NCBI GenBank assembly: GCA_963753595.1
Contig: CAVWCX010000001.1
Span: 96,001 to 160,000 of the forward strand
Direction of reading: 5' to 3'
DNA length: 64,000 nt
Source of the DNA: Candidatus Methanoperedenaceae archaeon
GTDB taxonomy: Archaea > Halobacteriota > Methanosarcinia > Methanosarcinales > Methanoperedenaceae
Each line of letters begins with the position of its first letter. The first letter of the stretch is position 1. Positions 1-10,201 of the stretch are shown here, piece by piece. The notes under the pieces were generated by a model. That model did no database searches. It saw only the letters and a list, made by a program, of their open reading frames with translations, and was not told the DNA's origin. The translations under genes were made by a program, and so were the position numbers.

Positions 1-1104
1 ATCAAACCTGACAGGATCGTCATTGACCCTGTGAATGTATTTGCTTATGGATTGGATAGTGAATCACAGCGGCAGTTTTACTATGATTTTTTTACCAGCA
101 TGAAAGGATGGAATTCTCTTGTCATATTAACGGGAGAATTTACAGGGGAAGAGCTTATCAAGAGTACGCTTGGTTATATGGTCGATGCTATAATCCAGAT
201 CAGCAATGAACCATTTTATGAGAAAAATATCAGATACCTGAATGTTCTCAAAATGAGGGGACAGGAAATCCAGGGGGGTAAACATTCCTGCAAGATCACT
301 AAAGATGGATTCACAGTTTTCCCCAGAATACAGGCAACAGCCAGGAAATCTGTTTTCAATGAACGGATATCAACCGGTGTAAAGGGACTGGATAAAATGA
401 CTGGCGGAGGCTTCTTACGTGGTTCTTCAATATTGATCTCAGGGTCAAGCGGAACAGGGAAGACAATACTTGGAATGCAATTCATCATGGATGGCCTCTT
501 AAAAAATGAACCTGGTATAATAGTCTCTTTTGAAGAGGACATGGAGCAGATCCGTGAAAATTCTAAAATGTTCAATTGGAACCTGGAGGAATTTGAAAAT
601 AAAAACCTCTTAAAAATGATATCTCCTCTTGAATATGATGCATATGAACTGGCGCTCCAGATCGGTGAGACAATTGACACTATAAAACCTAAACGTCTAT
701 TGCTGGATGGCACAGGAAGGCTGCAGAGAATGTTGCCCCAATATGCACAACTACCCGAATATATGGGGACGATCAGTAACATCTTAAAGAATAAGAATGT
801 GACGGCAGTCTATACGAATGAGACCTCTAACCTGACAGGGGCAACACAGATCACAGGGATGGGCATCTCCCCATTTTTGGATACGGTCATTCTGCTCAGG
901 TATGTAGAGATAAAAAGCGAGATGCGAAAAGCCATATCAGTACTTAAGATGAGGGGAAGCGACCATGACAAGGAGATAAGGGAAATCGTTATTAACAAAA
1001 ATGGGGCTGAAATCAAGCTACCTTTCAGTGAATACTCTGGATTATTATCAGGCAATCCTGTAAAGACGCCATCCCAGGCTTTTGTGGAAGCATTTAAGAA
1101 ATAA
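1..1104 (+). CDS. KaiC-like double-domain RecA-superfamily ATPase (5' partial; frame is open from base 1)
   Basis: Walker A GSSGTGKT, SFEE motif and STGVKGLDKMTGGG. The VLKMRG motif occurs twice, indicating two KaiC domains. No stop upstream of base 31 in this frame. Confidence 0.9.
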   Translation: MKPDRIVIDPVNVFAYGLDSESQRQFYYDFFTSMKGWNSLVILTGEFTGEELIKSTLGYMVDAIIQISNEPFYEKNIRYLNVLKMRGQEIQGGKHSCKITKDGFTVFPRIQATARKSVFNERISTGVKGLDKMTGGGFLRGSSILISGSSGTGKTILGMQFIMDGLLKNEPGIIVSFEEDMEQIRENSKMFNWNLEEFENKNLLKMISPLEYDAYELALQIGETIDTIKPKRLLLDGTGRLQRMLPQYAQLPEYMGTISNILKNKNVTAVYTNETSNLTGATQITGMGISPFLDTVILLRYVEIKSEMRKAISVLKMRGSDHDKEIREIVINKNGAEIKLPFSEYSGLLSGNPVKTPSQAFVEAFKK

Positions 1105-1108
1105 CCTT

Positions 1109-1390
1109 ATGATTGAAATATCACTTGCCCAAATCATTAAAATTTATTCATGGATCATTGCGAGTTTTATCATGATTTTCATAGCTGCAATAGCCATGTT
1201 TTATCAAAAAAAATTTGGAGTGAAGACTTTTTATTATTTTTATTTTGTTCCGATAATATTCCTTTTTGCTGCAATTATTAATTTGTATTCATTTAATACC
1301 CCTGAAAGTGAATATGTGGAATTTATCGGGGTATTCATCTCTTTTATAGCTACTTATTATCTGTACAGAATAATGGTGGGAGTAAAATGA
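1109..1390 (+). CDS. small membrane protein (~3 TM), KaiC-operon associated
   Basis: Hydrophobic 93-aa ORF; ATG at 1109 lies just after the KaiC stop; YYFYF motif shared with the next gene. Confidence 0.7.
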   Translation: MIEISLAQIIKIYSWIIASFIMIFIAAIAMFYQKKFGVKTFYYFYFVPIIFLFAAIINLYSFNTPESEYVEFIGVFISFIATYYLYRIMVGVK

Positions 1391-1686
1391 CAGAAAATTT
1401 GGAAATTCTTGATGTTGCTGCTTTTTTTTTAGTGGCTCTTATACTATATTTTCTGAGCGTCATGAGCAAACGACTGGGGGAGGTCATGGGACTGAAAAAG
1501 TATTATTATCTATATTATATTGGAATATTTTTCATATTATTTGCTTCTATCATAACGATTTTATCTGCAGGCATAGAAGATGCAGATTTTTTTGGATATG
1601 TCTTTTTTTCAATCGGAATTACTCTGGGTCTTATTGCATCGATCAGATACTGGGGCTGGTTAATTATAGAATTATTTAGAGGATAA
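1387..1686 (+). CDS. small membrane protein (~3 TM)
   Basis: ATGA overlap with the previous gene; three hydrophobic segments; KKYYYLYY. Confidence 0.7.
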   Translation: MTENLEILDVAAFFLVALILYFLSVMSKRLGEVMGLKKYYYLYYIGIFFILFASIITILSAGIEDADFFGYVFFSIGITLGLIASIRYWGWLIIELFRG

Positions 1687-1691
1687 TTGTA

Positions 1692-2600
1692 ATGAAATAT
1701 GTATATTTAATGTTATTATTATTTATATTATTAATATCGGGTTGTGTTGATAAAACTGAAAAAATTGACCTTAGTGTGATCCAGGAGACTGAAACCATAA
1801 AGAATTCTTCGATCAATGTGGCGATCGCTTCGGTTGTTTCCCCGAAAGAATCTTACGAATATTATGGGGAAATGATCCAATATGTTTCGCGAAAACTTGG
1901 TGGTGAAGTAAAAATAATCCAGAGAAGAAGTTACCAGGAAGTAAATGAACTTATTAAAAACAATGAAATTGACTTTGCTTTTGTCTGCAGCGGGGCATAC
2001 ATTGACGGCAATTCGGAATTCGGTATGAAAATTCTCGTTGCACCAGTAGTACATGGTAAATCGACATATAATTCTTATATAATAGTGCATAAAAATAGCA
2101 ATTATACCAGTTTGAATGATCTGCGTGGTAAGAAATTTGCTTTTTCAGACCCATTATCAAATACGGGGAAACTTTACCCAACCTACAGGCTTTACCTTAT
2201 GAATGAAACCCCGGAATCTTTCTTCGGGATCGATGAACAGGGAAGGAATAATTCATTTTATACTTACAGCCATGATAATTCCATAATTGCGGTAGCTGAA
2301 CAAATAGCAGAAGGTGCGGCAGTTGACAGCCTCGTATATGAGGATATGAAAGAACTCCAACCTGAAATAATCTCAAAAACCAGGATCATTGAAACGTCAC
2401 CGCCATTTGGTATCCCCCCGGTCGTAGTTTCAAAAAATATAGACCCTTTTTTAGACGAAAGACTCATGAATATTTTCCTGAAAATGGATAAGGATGAAGA
2501 GGGAAAAAAAATACTTTCAAAAGTCAAGATCGACAGGTTCGTTTATCTTCAAGACAATGCTTATGATTCGATCCGGGAAATGAGGAAACAAATTAAATGA
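1692..2600 (+). CDS. PhnD/PtxB-like phosphate/phosphonate-type substrate-binding lipoprotein
   Basis: Lipobox ISGC; DLRGKKFAFSDPLSNTG; SHDNSI..V; GAAVDS motifs typical of the Phosphonate-bd family. Confidence 0.85.
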   Translation: MKYVYLMLLLFILLISGCVDKTEKIDLSVIQETETIKNSSINVAIASVVSPKESYEYYGEMIQYVSRKLGGEVKIIQRRSYQEVNELIKNNEIDFAFVCSGAYIDGNSEFGMKILVAPVVHGKSTYNSYIIVHKNSNYTSLNDLRGKKFAFSDPLSNTGKLYPTYRLYLMNETPESFFGIDEQGRNNSFYTYSHDNSIIAVAEQIAEGAAVDSLVYEDMKELQPEIISKTRIIETSPPFGIPPVVVSKNIDPFLDERLMNIFLKMDKDEEGKKILSKVKIDRFVYLQDNAYDSIREMRKQIK

Positions 2601-5257
2601 CCAGCCTGCGAGGTCGTATAATTGTCTCAATGCTGGCGATCATATTTTTGATATTATCCGGTTCATATTTTGTAATCCAGGATATAGAAACTGGAATTAT
2701 AGAAGGGCAATTCAGAAATGAAGGGTTCTTATTAGCAAATAATCTTGCTTCCGAAATCACAAACGATTTTTTGGTAAATGATCTGGTTGAAATCAGGAAA
2801 TCAGTTGATAATGCAAAGAATAATTATCCTGAGATCGAATATATATTTGTGACTGATTCGGAGGGAATCGTGCTTGTTCATACGTTTGAAAACGGATTCC
2901 CAAAAGCCCTGTTAGATTTTGCCAAACCTGAAAATGTCCGCAAAGAAGAGATCTTAGAAACTGAAAAGGGAACTATTCACGAATTTGATGCACCGCTTTT
3001 TAAAAATGTTGGGTATGTACACATAGGATTATCAGAAAACAAAGTAAGAGCACAAATACTTGATGCATCACGAAAAATTCTGTTTTTGGCTATTTGCGCC
3101 GTGTTACTTGGCGGAATTTTTATTTATTATATAGGAAAACGATTGACAGAGCCCATATTAAGACTTAATGAAGGGGCAAAAAGAATAAACCAGGGTATTC
3201 TTGACCAGAAGATAGAGGTAGGTTCGAATGATGAAATGGGGGAACTTGCACGTACATTTAATGATATGTCTTCAACTCTTGATCAACAAATCAAGGAACT
3301 CATTGCCTCAAAAGAAAAAACAGAAGATGCAGAGAAATACCTGGAAACATTGTTCAACAGTATTGAAGATGGAATTATTGTCATGAACATCAATCATGAG
3401 ATCATTAAAATGAACCGGTCTTTCTTGAATATAACAGGAATGAGTGAAAAAGAGGTGATGGGAAAAACATGCCATGAATTGATTTTCCAGGCTTTACCTT
3501 CACAAAAACAAAAAGAAGAGTGCCCTGTCAATATAGTATTGCAAACAAGAAAGCCAATACGATTTTTACATGAGATTCTTTTTGATACAGGAACGAAAAT
3601 CCTGGATATAAATTCCTCACTGTTCCTGGATAAAAAGGGAAATCCAAATATTATAATGGTAATAAGGGACGTAACACAGTATAAAACTCTTGAAAATGAA
3701 ATAATAATTCGAAATCGTGAACTCACTGTTCTTAATGAAATTTCAAACAATATCAGCGAAGCGTTCGATATTGATAGGATAGTATCAAAATCACTTGAGA
3801 ATATCTTGAAATTAACAAATATGGAATATGGGGAAACCTATCTTATTGACGACAAAAACGGGAAATTTATCCTGATAAATCATCTGGGTGAAAAATGTCC
3901 TGATACTTTTGAACTCAAGACTGTAAATGAAGTACTGATCGTTGAAGGCAGTAAAAATACTGTACCGACAAAGAATGATTGCTATTCTTATGCAGTTATT
4001 CCACTAAAATCAAAAGAAAAAGTTTTAGGGATAATTAAGATCAGCAGCAGAAAAAGTCATATTTTTTCAGGGAGAGACAAAGAACTTTTCTCGGCTATAG
4101 GAAACCAGATAGGTGTGGCTATAGAGAACATCAGTTTCTATGATAATATAAAATCTCTCAAGGAATTTAACGATGAAATCCTGAACAATATAAACCTTGC
4201 ATTAAATGTTGTTGATAGGGATTTGAGGATACTTGCCGTAAATGATGAATTAATAAAACTTGGCAGGGGCAGGATAAAAAGGGAAGAGATCATAAATAAA
4301 AAACTGTACGATGTTTTTCCATTCCTTATGGAAAAACATGTGGATATGGAATATGATCATGTTATTAAAACCGGAGAAATTTTCCAAAGTGAGGAAAAAA
4401 TTCAATATTATGATGAAATAATTTATACAAGTACCAGCAAAATCCCTGTCAAGGACAAGAATGGATTTGTTGAAAAGATCATAACAGTAATTAAGGATGT
4501 ATCTGAACAGAAAAAACTTGAAGAAGACCTTAAAGACTCTTATGAAGAGCTTAAATTGACATATTCAAAACTTCAGGAACTGTATAAGGTCAAAGATAAT
4601 TTCCTTTCAAGTATCTCTCATGAACTCAGAACTCCGCTTACATCTGTTATCGGATACACTGAATTAATGCTGGACGAGGATTTGACGCAAAACCAACGTC
4701 ATAAAATCGAAATAATTTTCAGGAATTCAAAAAGATTATACAGGTTGATAAGAGGGCTTCTTGATACGCAGATAATCGAATCAAGCAATCTCCAACTCAC
4801 AAAAGAGCTGGTAGTGATCAATAAACTTATCACTGCTGTGGTAGAAGATATGAAGAATTTTGCGGTTACTAAGAATATACCTATAACCATTGATTTTCCT
4901 GATATCCTGGTCGTTGAAGGGGATAACGAAAGGTTGATAGAGGTATTTTCAAATATTGTGGAAAATGCTATTAAATTTTCAATAACAGGTGAGATTATTA
5001 TTAAAGGAGAAATGGATAATGATAATGTCCATATCGCGATCAGTGACGACGGTATCGGCATAGCTCAGGATAATCTGGAAAAGATATTTGACAGGTTTTA
5101 CCAGGTGGATTCATCAAACAAACGAAAATTCGGCGGTACAGGATTGGGTTTATGGCTATCAAGGAAAATTGTAGAAGCGCATGGCGGCAGAATATGGGCG
5201 GAAAGTAAAAATAGGGGGAGTACCTTTCATATTTTATTGCCAAAACCGGTGAAATAA
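2597..5257 (+). CDS. membrane sensor histidine kinase (HAMP-PAS-GAF-PAS-HisKA-HATPase)
   Basis: Two TM segments, HAMP (DEMGELARTFN), H-box SHELRTPL, N-box NAIKF, G-boxes DDGIGI and GGTGLGL. Confidence 0.93.
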   Translation: MTSLRGRIIVSMLAIIFLILSGSYFVIQDIETGIIEGQFRNEGFLLANNLASEITNDFLVNDLVEIRKSVDNAKNNYPEIEYIFVTDSEGIVLVHTFENGFPKALLDFAKPENVRKEEILETEKGTIHEFDAPLFKNVGYVHIGLSENKVRAQILDASRKILFLAICAVLLGGIFIYYIGKRLTEPILRLNEGAKRINQGILDQKIEVGSNDEMGELARTFNDMSSTLDQQIKELIASKEKTEDAEKYLETLFNSIEDGIIVMNINHEIIKMNRSFLNITGMSEKEVMGKTCHELIFQALPSQKQKEECPVNIVLQTRKPIRFLHEILFDTGTKILDINSSLFLDKKGNPNIIMVIRDVTQYKTLENEIIIRNRELTVLNEISNNISEAFDIDRIVSKSLENILKLTNMEYGETYLIDDKNGKFILINHLGEKCPDTFELKTVNEVLIVEGSKNTVPTKNDCYSYAVIPLKSKEKVLGIIKISSRKSHIFSGRDKELFSAIGNQIGVAIENISFYDNIKSLKEFNDEILNNINLALNVVDRDLRILAVNDELIKLGRGRIKREEIINKKLYDVFPFLMEKHVDMEYDHVIKTGEIFQSEEKIQYYDEIIYTSTSKIPVKDKNGFVEKIITVIKDVSEQKKLEEDLKDSYEELKLTYSKLQELYKVKDNFLSSISHELRTPLTSVIGYTELMLDEDLTQNQRHKIEIIFRNSKRLYRLIRGLLDTQIIESSNLQLTKELVVINKLITAVVEDMKNFAVTKNIPITIDFPDILVVEGDNERLIEVFSNIVENAIKFSITGEIIIKGEMDNDNVHIAISDDGIGIAQDNLEKIFDRFYQVDSSNKRKFGGTGLGLWLSRKIVEAHGGRIWAESKNRGSTFHILLPKPVK

Positions 5258-5667
5258 TGAGTACGGATAATTCAACAAAAAAAGTTCTGGTAGTGGATGA
5301 TGAACCTGATACGCTCGAACTTGTCAAGCTGGTACTTGAGAGCGGGGGATTTGAAGCTGTGCTTGCAAATAACGGAAAAGAAGCCCTGGCTCAAATAGCT
5401 ACCGTGAAGCTCGATCTTGTTCTTCTTGACATCATGATGCCGGACATGGATGGCTGGGATGTTTTCAGGAAAATGAAAGAAAAGGATCCGGGTATTCCTA
5501 TCGCTATTTTGACAGCAAAAGCGCAAAATATCGATAAATTACTCGGGTTGCACGTTTTAAAAGCTGACGATTATATAACTAAACCATTCGGGAAAAATGA
5601 ATTGATCGGCAAAGTGAAGAAATTGACAGGATCAAAGGATAAAAAACAAATAACGACCATAAATTAA
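5257..5667 (+). CDS. stand-alone response regulator receiver (REC)
   Basis: VLVVDDE, LLDIMMPDMDG, LTA, YITKPF. Confidence 0.93.
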   Translation: MSTDNSTKKVLVVDDEPDTLELVKLVLESGGFEAVLANNGKEALAQIATVKLDLVLLDIMMPDMDGWDVFRKMKEKDPGIPIAILTAKAQNIDKLLGLHVLKADDYITKPFGKNELIGKVKKLTGSKDKKQITTIN

Positions 5668-5697
5668 AATATTATTCAAAACAATGGAGAGAATATC

Positions 5698-6297
5698 ATG
5701 CAAGTACAAAAAATTGTAATTCCCTTTTATACACAGGAAAGATGGCAGAACTGGATAATACAGGTCAAAGAAAGCGGTTTTAAGATCGATGACCAGCAAA
5801 AAGGAGCGATTTTTGTTAATATGGAAGATGATGTTGTCCTTGCATGCCTTAAAATCATTGCAAAATTTGATAAGAACCTGATCACAAAAGAAGATTCACT
5901 GGGACAAATTCAGGAGATAAAGGAAATAGTCCTGAAACAGGTTGAGCCCATTTCAGAAGATATTGATATGATGATCGAATCCACCCAATTATCGCTAATG
6001 GGTGTTTTTGCTTCATGTGAATGTTACGTAGAGAAAGCTTTTGAAAAAACAAAATCGCTTAAGCCTTTGATCAAAAAAGCAATAGAAGCCGAGAAAGAAG
6101 AGAATATGGGGGCAGTCCTTGGAAATATTGCCGAGATCGGCGCAAATATCCTTGCCGGCGGAAAAGTAAAAGATAAGGATCTTGAGGATATTCCTGACGG
6201 GCTTGTAGCTGAATGGCTTGATGGGATAGATTCACTCCGGGCAGCCATGATCGGGGATACAAGCTATCGTGATGATGAACCCGATGAAGGCAAATGA
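5698..6297 (+). CDS. conserved archaeal protein, DUF2150-like
   Basis: FYTQERWQNW N-terminal motif and AEWLDGIDS near the C-terminus, as recalled for this euryarchaeal family. Confidence 0.7.
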   Translation: MQVQKIVIPFYTQERWQNWIIQVKESGFKIDDQQKGAIFVNMEDDVVLACLKIIAKFDKNLITKEDSLGQIQEIKEIVLKQVEPISEDIDMMIESTQLSLMGVFASCECYVEKAFEKTKSLKPLIKKAIEAEKEENMGAVLGNIAEIGANILAGGKVKDKDLEDIPDGLVAEWLDGIDSLRAAMIGDTSYRDDEPDEGK

Positions 6298-6304
6298 AAT
6301 TTAG

Positions 6305-7234
6305 ATGCTGATCCACAAAATCCTGGGCCTTCCTGAAAATGAGAATGTCTGTTTTGTTGAAGAAAGCTTTGCTTCTTTAAAAAACAATACGCTTACACTT
6401 GCGTATCTTGAAAATATCAGGAAAGACCCGGACGCCATGGTAACAGGGATAAAAGATGAAACTGATAACATTATCGGCCTGGTCCTTATTAATCCTGAAT
6501 CCGAAGAATCTGAATCATTCCATGCAATTTTTACCAACATAATATCATCAGGACCGATCCCAAATAATAGCAGCAGGATTTTTTCCGGGATTGTCAAAGA
6601 TATGAAGCTGCAAAATTCATATAATACAACAATACGGGAATTTAATGAAGCGGTAATTGAATATTTTTCTGTTGAACTTGTTAACAGGCATTTATGTGAA
6701 AATTGCCATGTAAATAAAGAACCCTATAATATGGTTTATATTGAAAGCAGGAATGCCAGGTTGAACGGAATTCTTGACCGATATAAACTCCAGGGCAGGA
6801 TACTGGAAATTTGCTGCGGGAACGGGATGTCCACCCTGCCGCTCCATAATAGGGGATATGATCCCATTTCTATTGATTATGATAAATGCCAGATATGCCA
6901 GGGACTTGAACACGGTGTGCTTGACCCGAAAAGGACAATAGTTATTGATGCCACCAGGCTTTGTGAATTCTTCAATGAGAATAGTTTTGATACAATAGTG
7001 GGCTTTATGCTTGGAACGATATATCCATTCAATAAAAGCGTATGGGAAAAAATGATGGCTGAATCAATGAAGCTTCTTAAGCCTGAAGGAATGATCCTGT
7101 TGACAGTAAATAAGAAAGAAGAGATCGAGATATTGAAAAACGCACTTGAAATAAATGGGATCCATGGGCAATTAATTGATAATACCGATGGCAAAGGCAT
7201 TTACGACCAGTGGGTATATGCAGGAACTAAATAA
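6305..7234 (+). CDS. class I SAM-dependent methyltransferase
   Basis: ILEICCGNG motif I; FDTIV; LLKPEG motif. Confidence 0.8.
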   Translation: MLIHKILGLPENENVCFVEESFASLKNNTLTLAYLENIRKDPDAMVTGIKDETDNIIGLVLINPESEESESFHAIFTNIISSGPIPNNSSRIFSGIVKDMKLQNSYNTTIREFNEAVIEYFSVELVNRHLCENCHVNKEPYNMVYIESRNARLNGILDRYKLQGRILEICCGNGMSTLPLHNRGYDPISIDYDKCQICQGLEHGVLDPKRTIVIDATRLCEFFNENSFDTIVGFMLGTIYPFNKSVWEKMMAESMKLLKPEGMILLTVNKKEEIEILKNALEINGIHGQLIDNTDGKGIYDQWVYAGTK

Positions 7235-7265
7235 TATAATATAAATTGTAATAAAGGATAACAGG

Positions 7266-8027
7266 ATGCCACGAGACAGAAGAGATTTTTTTTATAAGAA
7301 AGCAAAGGATGAGGGTTATCGTTCCCGCGCGGCTTTTAAACTTAAACAGATCAATGATAAATTTAAGATAATCAAAAAAGGAGATACCGTAGTAGATCTT
7401 GGCGCAGCTCCCGGAGGCTGGCTCCAGGTCGCAAAAGAACTCTCCGGCGGAATAGTTGTGGGTGTGGATATTCTGGATATAGAGGGGATAGAAGGAGTGG
7501 TTTTAATAAAAGGTGATATCCGCCTTGATAAAACGATTGAAAAGATAAGGGAAAAGATGAAATCGGATAAGGCTGATGCCGTAATTTGTGATGCTGCGCC
7601 CAACCTTTCAGGAAGCTGGAGTTATGACCATGCCCGTTCTATTGACCTTTCAACCTGCGCTCTTGAGTGCGCAAGAAAGATACTTAAGAACGGGGGAAGT
7701 TTTGCTGTAAAAGTCTTCCAGGGAGATATGTTCCCGGACTTTCTCAATAAAGTCCGTGGATATTTTGGGAAGGTACAGGCTTTTTCCCCCGAGGCGTCCA
7801 GGCAGCAGAGCGCTGAGATCTATGTTATCGGGAAGGAATTATTGACGGATGCGGTCAAAATGAACGGGGAATATGAAGTCACGATAGAGGATATAGGCGC
7901 AAGCGGGGACGGGATCGCAAAGATAAATGATTTCGTTGTGTTCGTAAATAATGCACAAAAGGGAGAGAAACTTAATATACGGATAAGGTTCATCAAACCC
8001 AATTTTGCATTTGGTGATAGAATCTAA
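7266..8027 (+). CDS. rlmE: 23S rRNA Um2552 2'-O-methyltransferase RlmE/FtsJ with C-terminal TRAM domain
   Basis: GYRSRAAFKL, VVDLGAAPGGW, DAAPN, KVFQG, SAEIY (K-D-K-E tetrad); TRAM signature IEDIGASGDGIAK..FVVFV. Confidence 0.95.
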   Translation: MPRDRRDFFYKKAKDEGYRSRAAFKLKQINDKFKIIKKGDTVVDLGAAPGGWLQVAKELSGGIVVGVDILDIEGIEGVVLIKGDIRLDKTIEKIREKMKSDKADAVICDAAPNLSGSWSYDHARSIDLSTCALECARKILKNGGSFAVKVFQGDMFPDFLNKVRGYFGKVQAFSPEASRQQSAEIYVIGKELLTDAVKMNGEYEVTIEDIGASGDGIAKINDFVVFVNNAQKGEKLNIRIRFIKPNFAFGDRI

Positions 8028-8043
8028 TAGGAATTAAGTTTAC

Positions 8044-9204
8044 ATGAAAAAAAAATTAGCATATTTGACGATTATCATATTATCTTTGCCATTTTTCATC
8101 GCGCTGATTTTGAGTGTTTCCAGTTCCAACGAATTGTTTGATCTTCACGCTGAATTTAGTAAAGTCATTTTAGTGGCCCCATCATCGGCTTCAATACTAC
8201 AAGAACTATTTTTTCAAAATAAAAATATTATTAATAATAAAGCGATAGAAATAGACGGGAATTACTCCATTAATTATGAATCCCGTTCTACAAAATTATT
8301 AGTAAGTAAAGGACCAATGATACTTAAAGACCTTCAGAGGGTACAGGTACACCAGATTGAAACATTTCAAAACGCAACCAATAACGCGGATATTGGCTTG
8401 ATTGATGTTGGTTCTTCCAGTGAGATGTCAGATGTTCAATTCATCCAAAATGATGATAATTTATATGGAGTATACATAAATGGTCCAATTGATATTTCTT
8501 CTCCAATTCATGAAGGAACTTTTTTTTTGTTAGCTGAAGCGGTGCCATTCAATGAGACGGGAATACCTTCAGTTCTTTTTATCGATGATAATTTTACAAA
8601 AACTGTAACTATTAATGCAATTTTAAACCCTTCCGATGATCCAGCTCAAAGGACAACAATTATGCCAGATAACAATTTCGAAATCCGACAAAATAACGAC
8701 AAAAACCTAATACAATCCTCTACTGTTTTTAAAGGATTATTGAATACGGATTATAATTTCATCACTGCACGAACATTATATACCTCACGCTTGGATAGTC
8801 AATCAGATCATTTTATTTTGTCAGGTCTTGGATTACCCTCAATGATTGGAATTGATGGCGAATCAATTAATTCTGTGAGAATTAATGGTTTCACTGGTTG
8901 GTACCAGATTTTTGATGATGATACAATTCAAAAGATTGGAAGCCAGAATTGGGAAATCAGAGATGTAAAAAAATCAAATGTGACAATAGAGGTAAAATCT
9001 GCTGGAGAGTCATCAGAGGTACTGGTTAAAGTAAATTTCAAAGGAAAAGTTGGAAACCTAATCATAAACGACAAAGAACTTAGAAATTTTAAAACTAATT
9101 TTTTGAGAAATTTATTTGTCATCTATACTAATTCCTATTATGAAGGGATATTAATATTAGTTATCGGCTTACTATTAGGTAGCTGGTTCAAAGAGAGGCA
9201 ATAA
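8044..9204 (+). CDS. hypothetical exported protein with N- and C-terminal TM helices
   Basis: 386-aa ORF with hydrophobic termini and a beta-rich, Asn/Ile-rich core; no family recognised. Confidence 0.65.
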   Translation: MKKKLAYLTIIILSLPFFIALILSVSSSNELFDLHAEFSKVILVAPSSASILQELFFQNKNIINNKAIEIDGNYSINYESRSTKLLVSKGPMILKDLQRVQVHQIETFQNATNNADIGLIDVGSSSEMSDVQFIQNDDNLYGVYINGPIDISSPIHEGTFFLLAEAVPFNETGIPSVLFIDDNFTKTVTINAILNPSDDPAQRTTIMPDNNFEIRQNNDKNLIQSSTVFKGLLNTDYNFITARTLYTSRLDSQSDHFILSGLGLPSMIGIDGESINSVRINGFTGWYQIFDDDTIQKIGSQNWEIRDVKKSNVTIEVKSAGESSEVLVKVNFKGKVGNLIINDKELRNFKTNFLRNLFVIYTNSYYEGILILVIGLLLGSWFKERQ

Positions 9205-9608
9205 ATGGAAATTTTTAAGAAAATTGCGTAATTTTTATGCATGACACGACGATGTACGACCCTACGGGGGGTTTACACGGGGGACGTTGTTGAATTGTTC
9301 TTAGCTTAATAATAAACAAACACGACCAAGACCTACAGGGTTTTTGATAAAACCGACATTCGAGAAGTGACATAAAAGTAATAAAATCTTAAAAATCTGG
9401 ATAATATAAAAATCAAAAAATGCAAGAAAAATTGCAAATTTATTCCTTCGTGTTAAATTCTTGACCCAGATATGTTAAACCTCTTGAACGTCGGATAAAA
9501 CTCTATATTTTATCTATTTCGATATTTCTGTAATAATTTCGGAATTATGGTAATACGCTAATAATAATCCTTCCGCTTCGCTTTCAGCTTTATTCTATAT
9601 TAGCCAAG

Positions 9609-9633
9609 GCGCGCCGCGCAAGCGCGGACGCGC
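9609..9633. repeat. GC-rich hairpin with a single bulged base
   Basis: GCGCG-CCGCGC-aa-GCGCGG-a-CGCGC in an AT-rich background. Confidence 0.7.
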
Positions 9634-9853
9634 ATAGGAAGATCTTCAGATATCCCTAATAACTTAACGGCATTTGAATGTAATCATTTAATATGATGGG
9701 TGATGAGCGCCGCATTAAGCACGCCTCCCAATGGGTTCGGGCACTGCCCGAATCCGCCTGCGTGCGGACGGCGTACTTACTGCGGGAGGGTGAGTGACAG
9801 CCCTGCGCCGGACAGTCGCAGTTTTTAGACTTCCTAATATTTTCTGGTTTGAA

Positions 9854-9922
9854 AACCACAGAGAGCACAGAGGACATAGAGAAAAATGGCAACGCTCTGT
9901 GCTCTCTGAGTGCTCTGTGGTT
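9854..9922. repeat. REP-like nested inverted repeat (AACCACAGAG...CTCTGTGGTT)
   Basis: AACCACAGAG-AGCACAGAG-GACATAGAG on the left, mirrored by CTCTGTGCT-CTCTGAGTG-CTCTGTGGTT on the right. Confidence 0.8.
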
Positions 9923-10123
9923 GATTACCTATACAAATATTCCTTTTTCCTACGGAGGATGCGCAAAACAAATACCGCCCTTTCGTTCACGCAAAAAGAA
10001 ATCCGTCGCCTCCTGCCCGCCTTTTATCAAATGCGGTGCGCCCTCCTTGAAGGTTTGCCCTGCGGGAATAAATGACATAAAGAAGTAAAAATCAAACCAA
10101 CAAGCACTGCAACAGCCCCTCTT

Positions 10124-10143
10124 GAAATCATAAGAGTTATATG
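10124..10143 (+). promoter_or_regulatory. putative BRE/TATA promoter of the surface-protein/aglB operon
   Basis: GAAATCATAAGAGTTATATG, ~60 nt before the CDS; resembles the elements at 16768 and 27746. Confidence 0.45.
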
Positions 10144-10201
10144 TCCGATAATCTAATTATAAATAAGTTAATCATAAGCGAAATCCTGCAGGAAAAAGAA
10201 A

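Noticed and set aside
6695-6709. CENCH motif in the methyltransferase
   Set aside because: Single motif in a protein with no signal peptide; more likely a metal site or chance than c-type heme.
9243-9345. G-string motifs (GACCCTACGGGGGG, GACCTACAGGG) as replication-origin ORB elements
   Set aside because: No TCCA..GAAAC-type core and no orc1/cdc6 gene in the window.
9656-10088. Short ORFs 9656-9892, 9794-10075 and 9849-10088
   Set aside because: They overlap palindromic elements, have atypical composition and no recognisable motifs.
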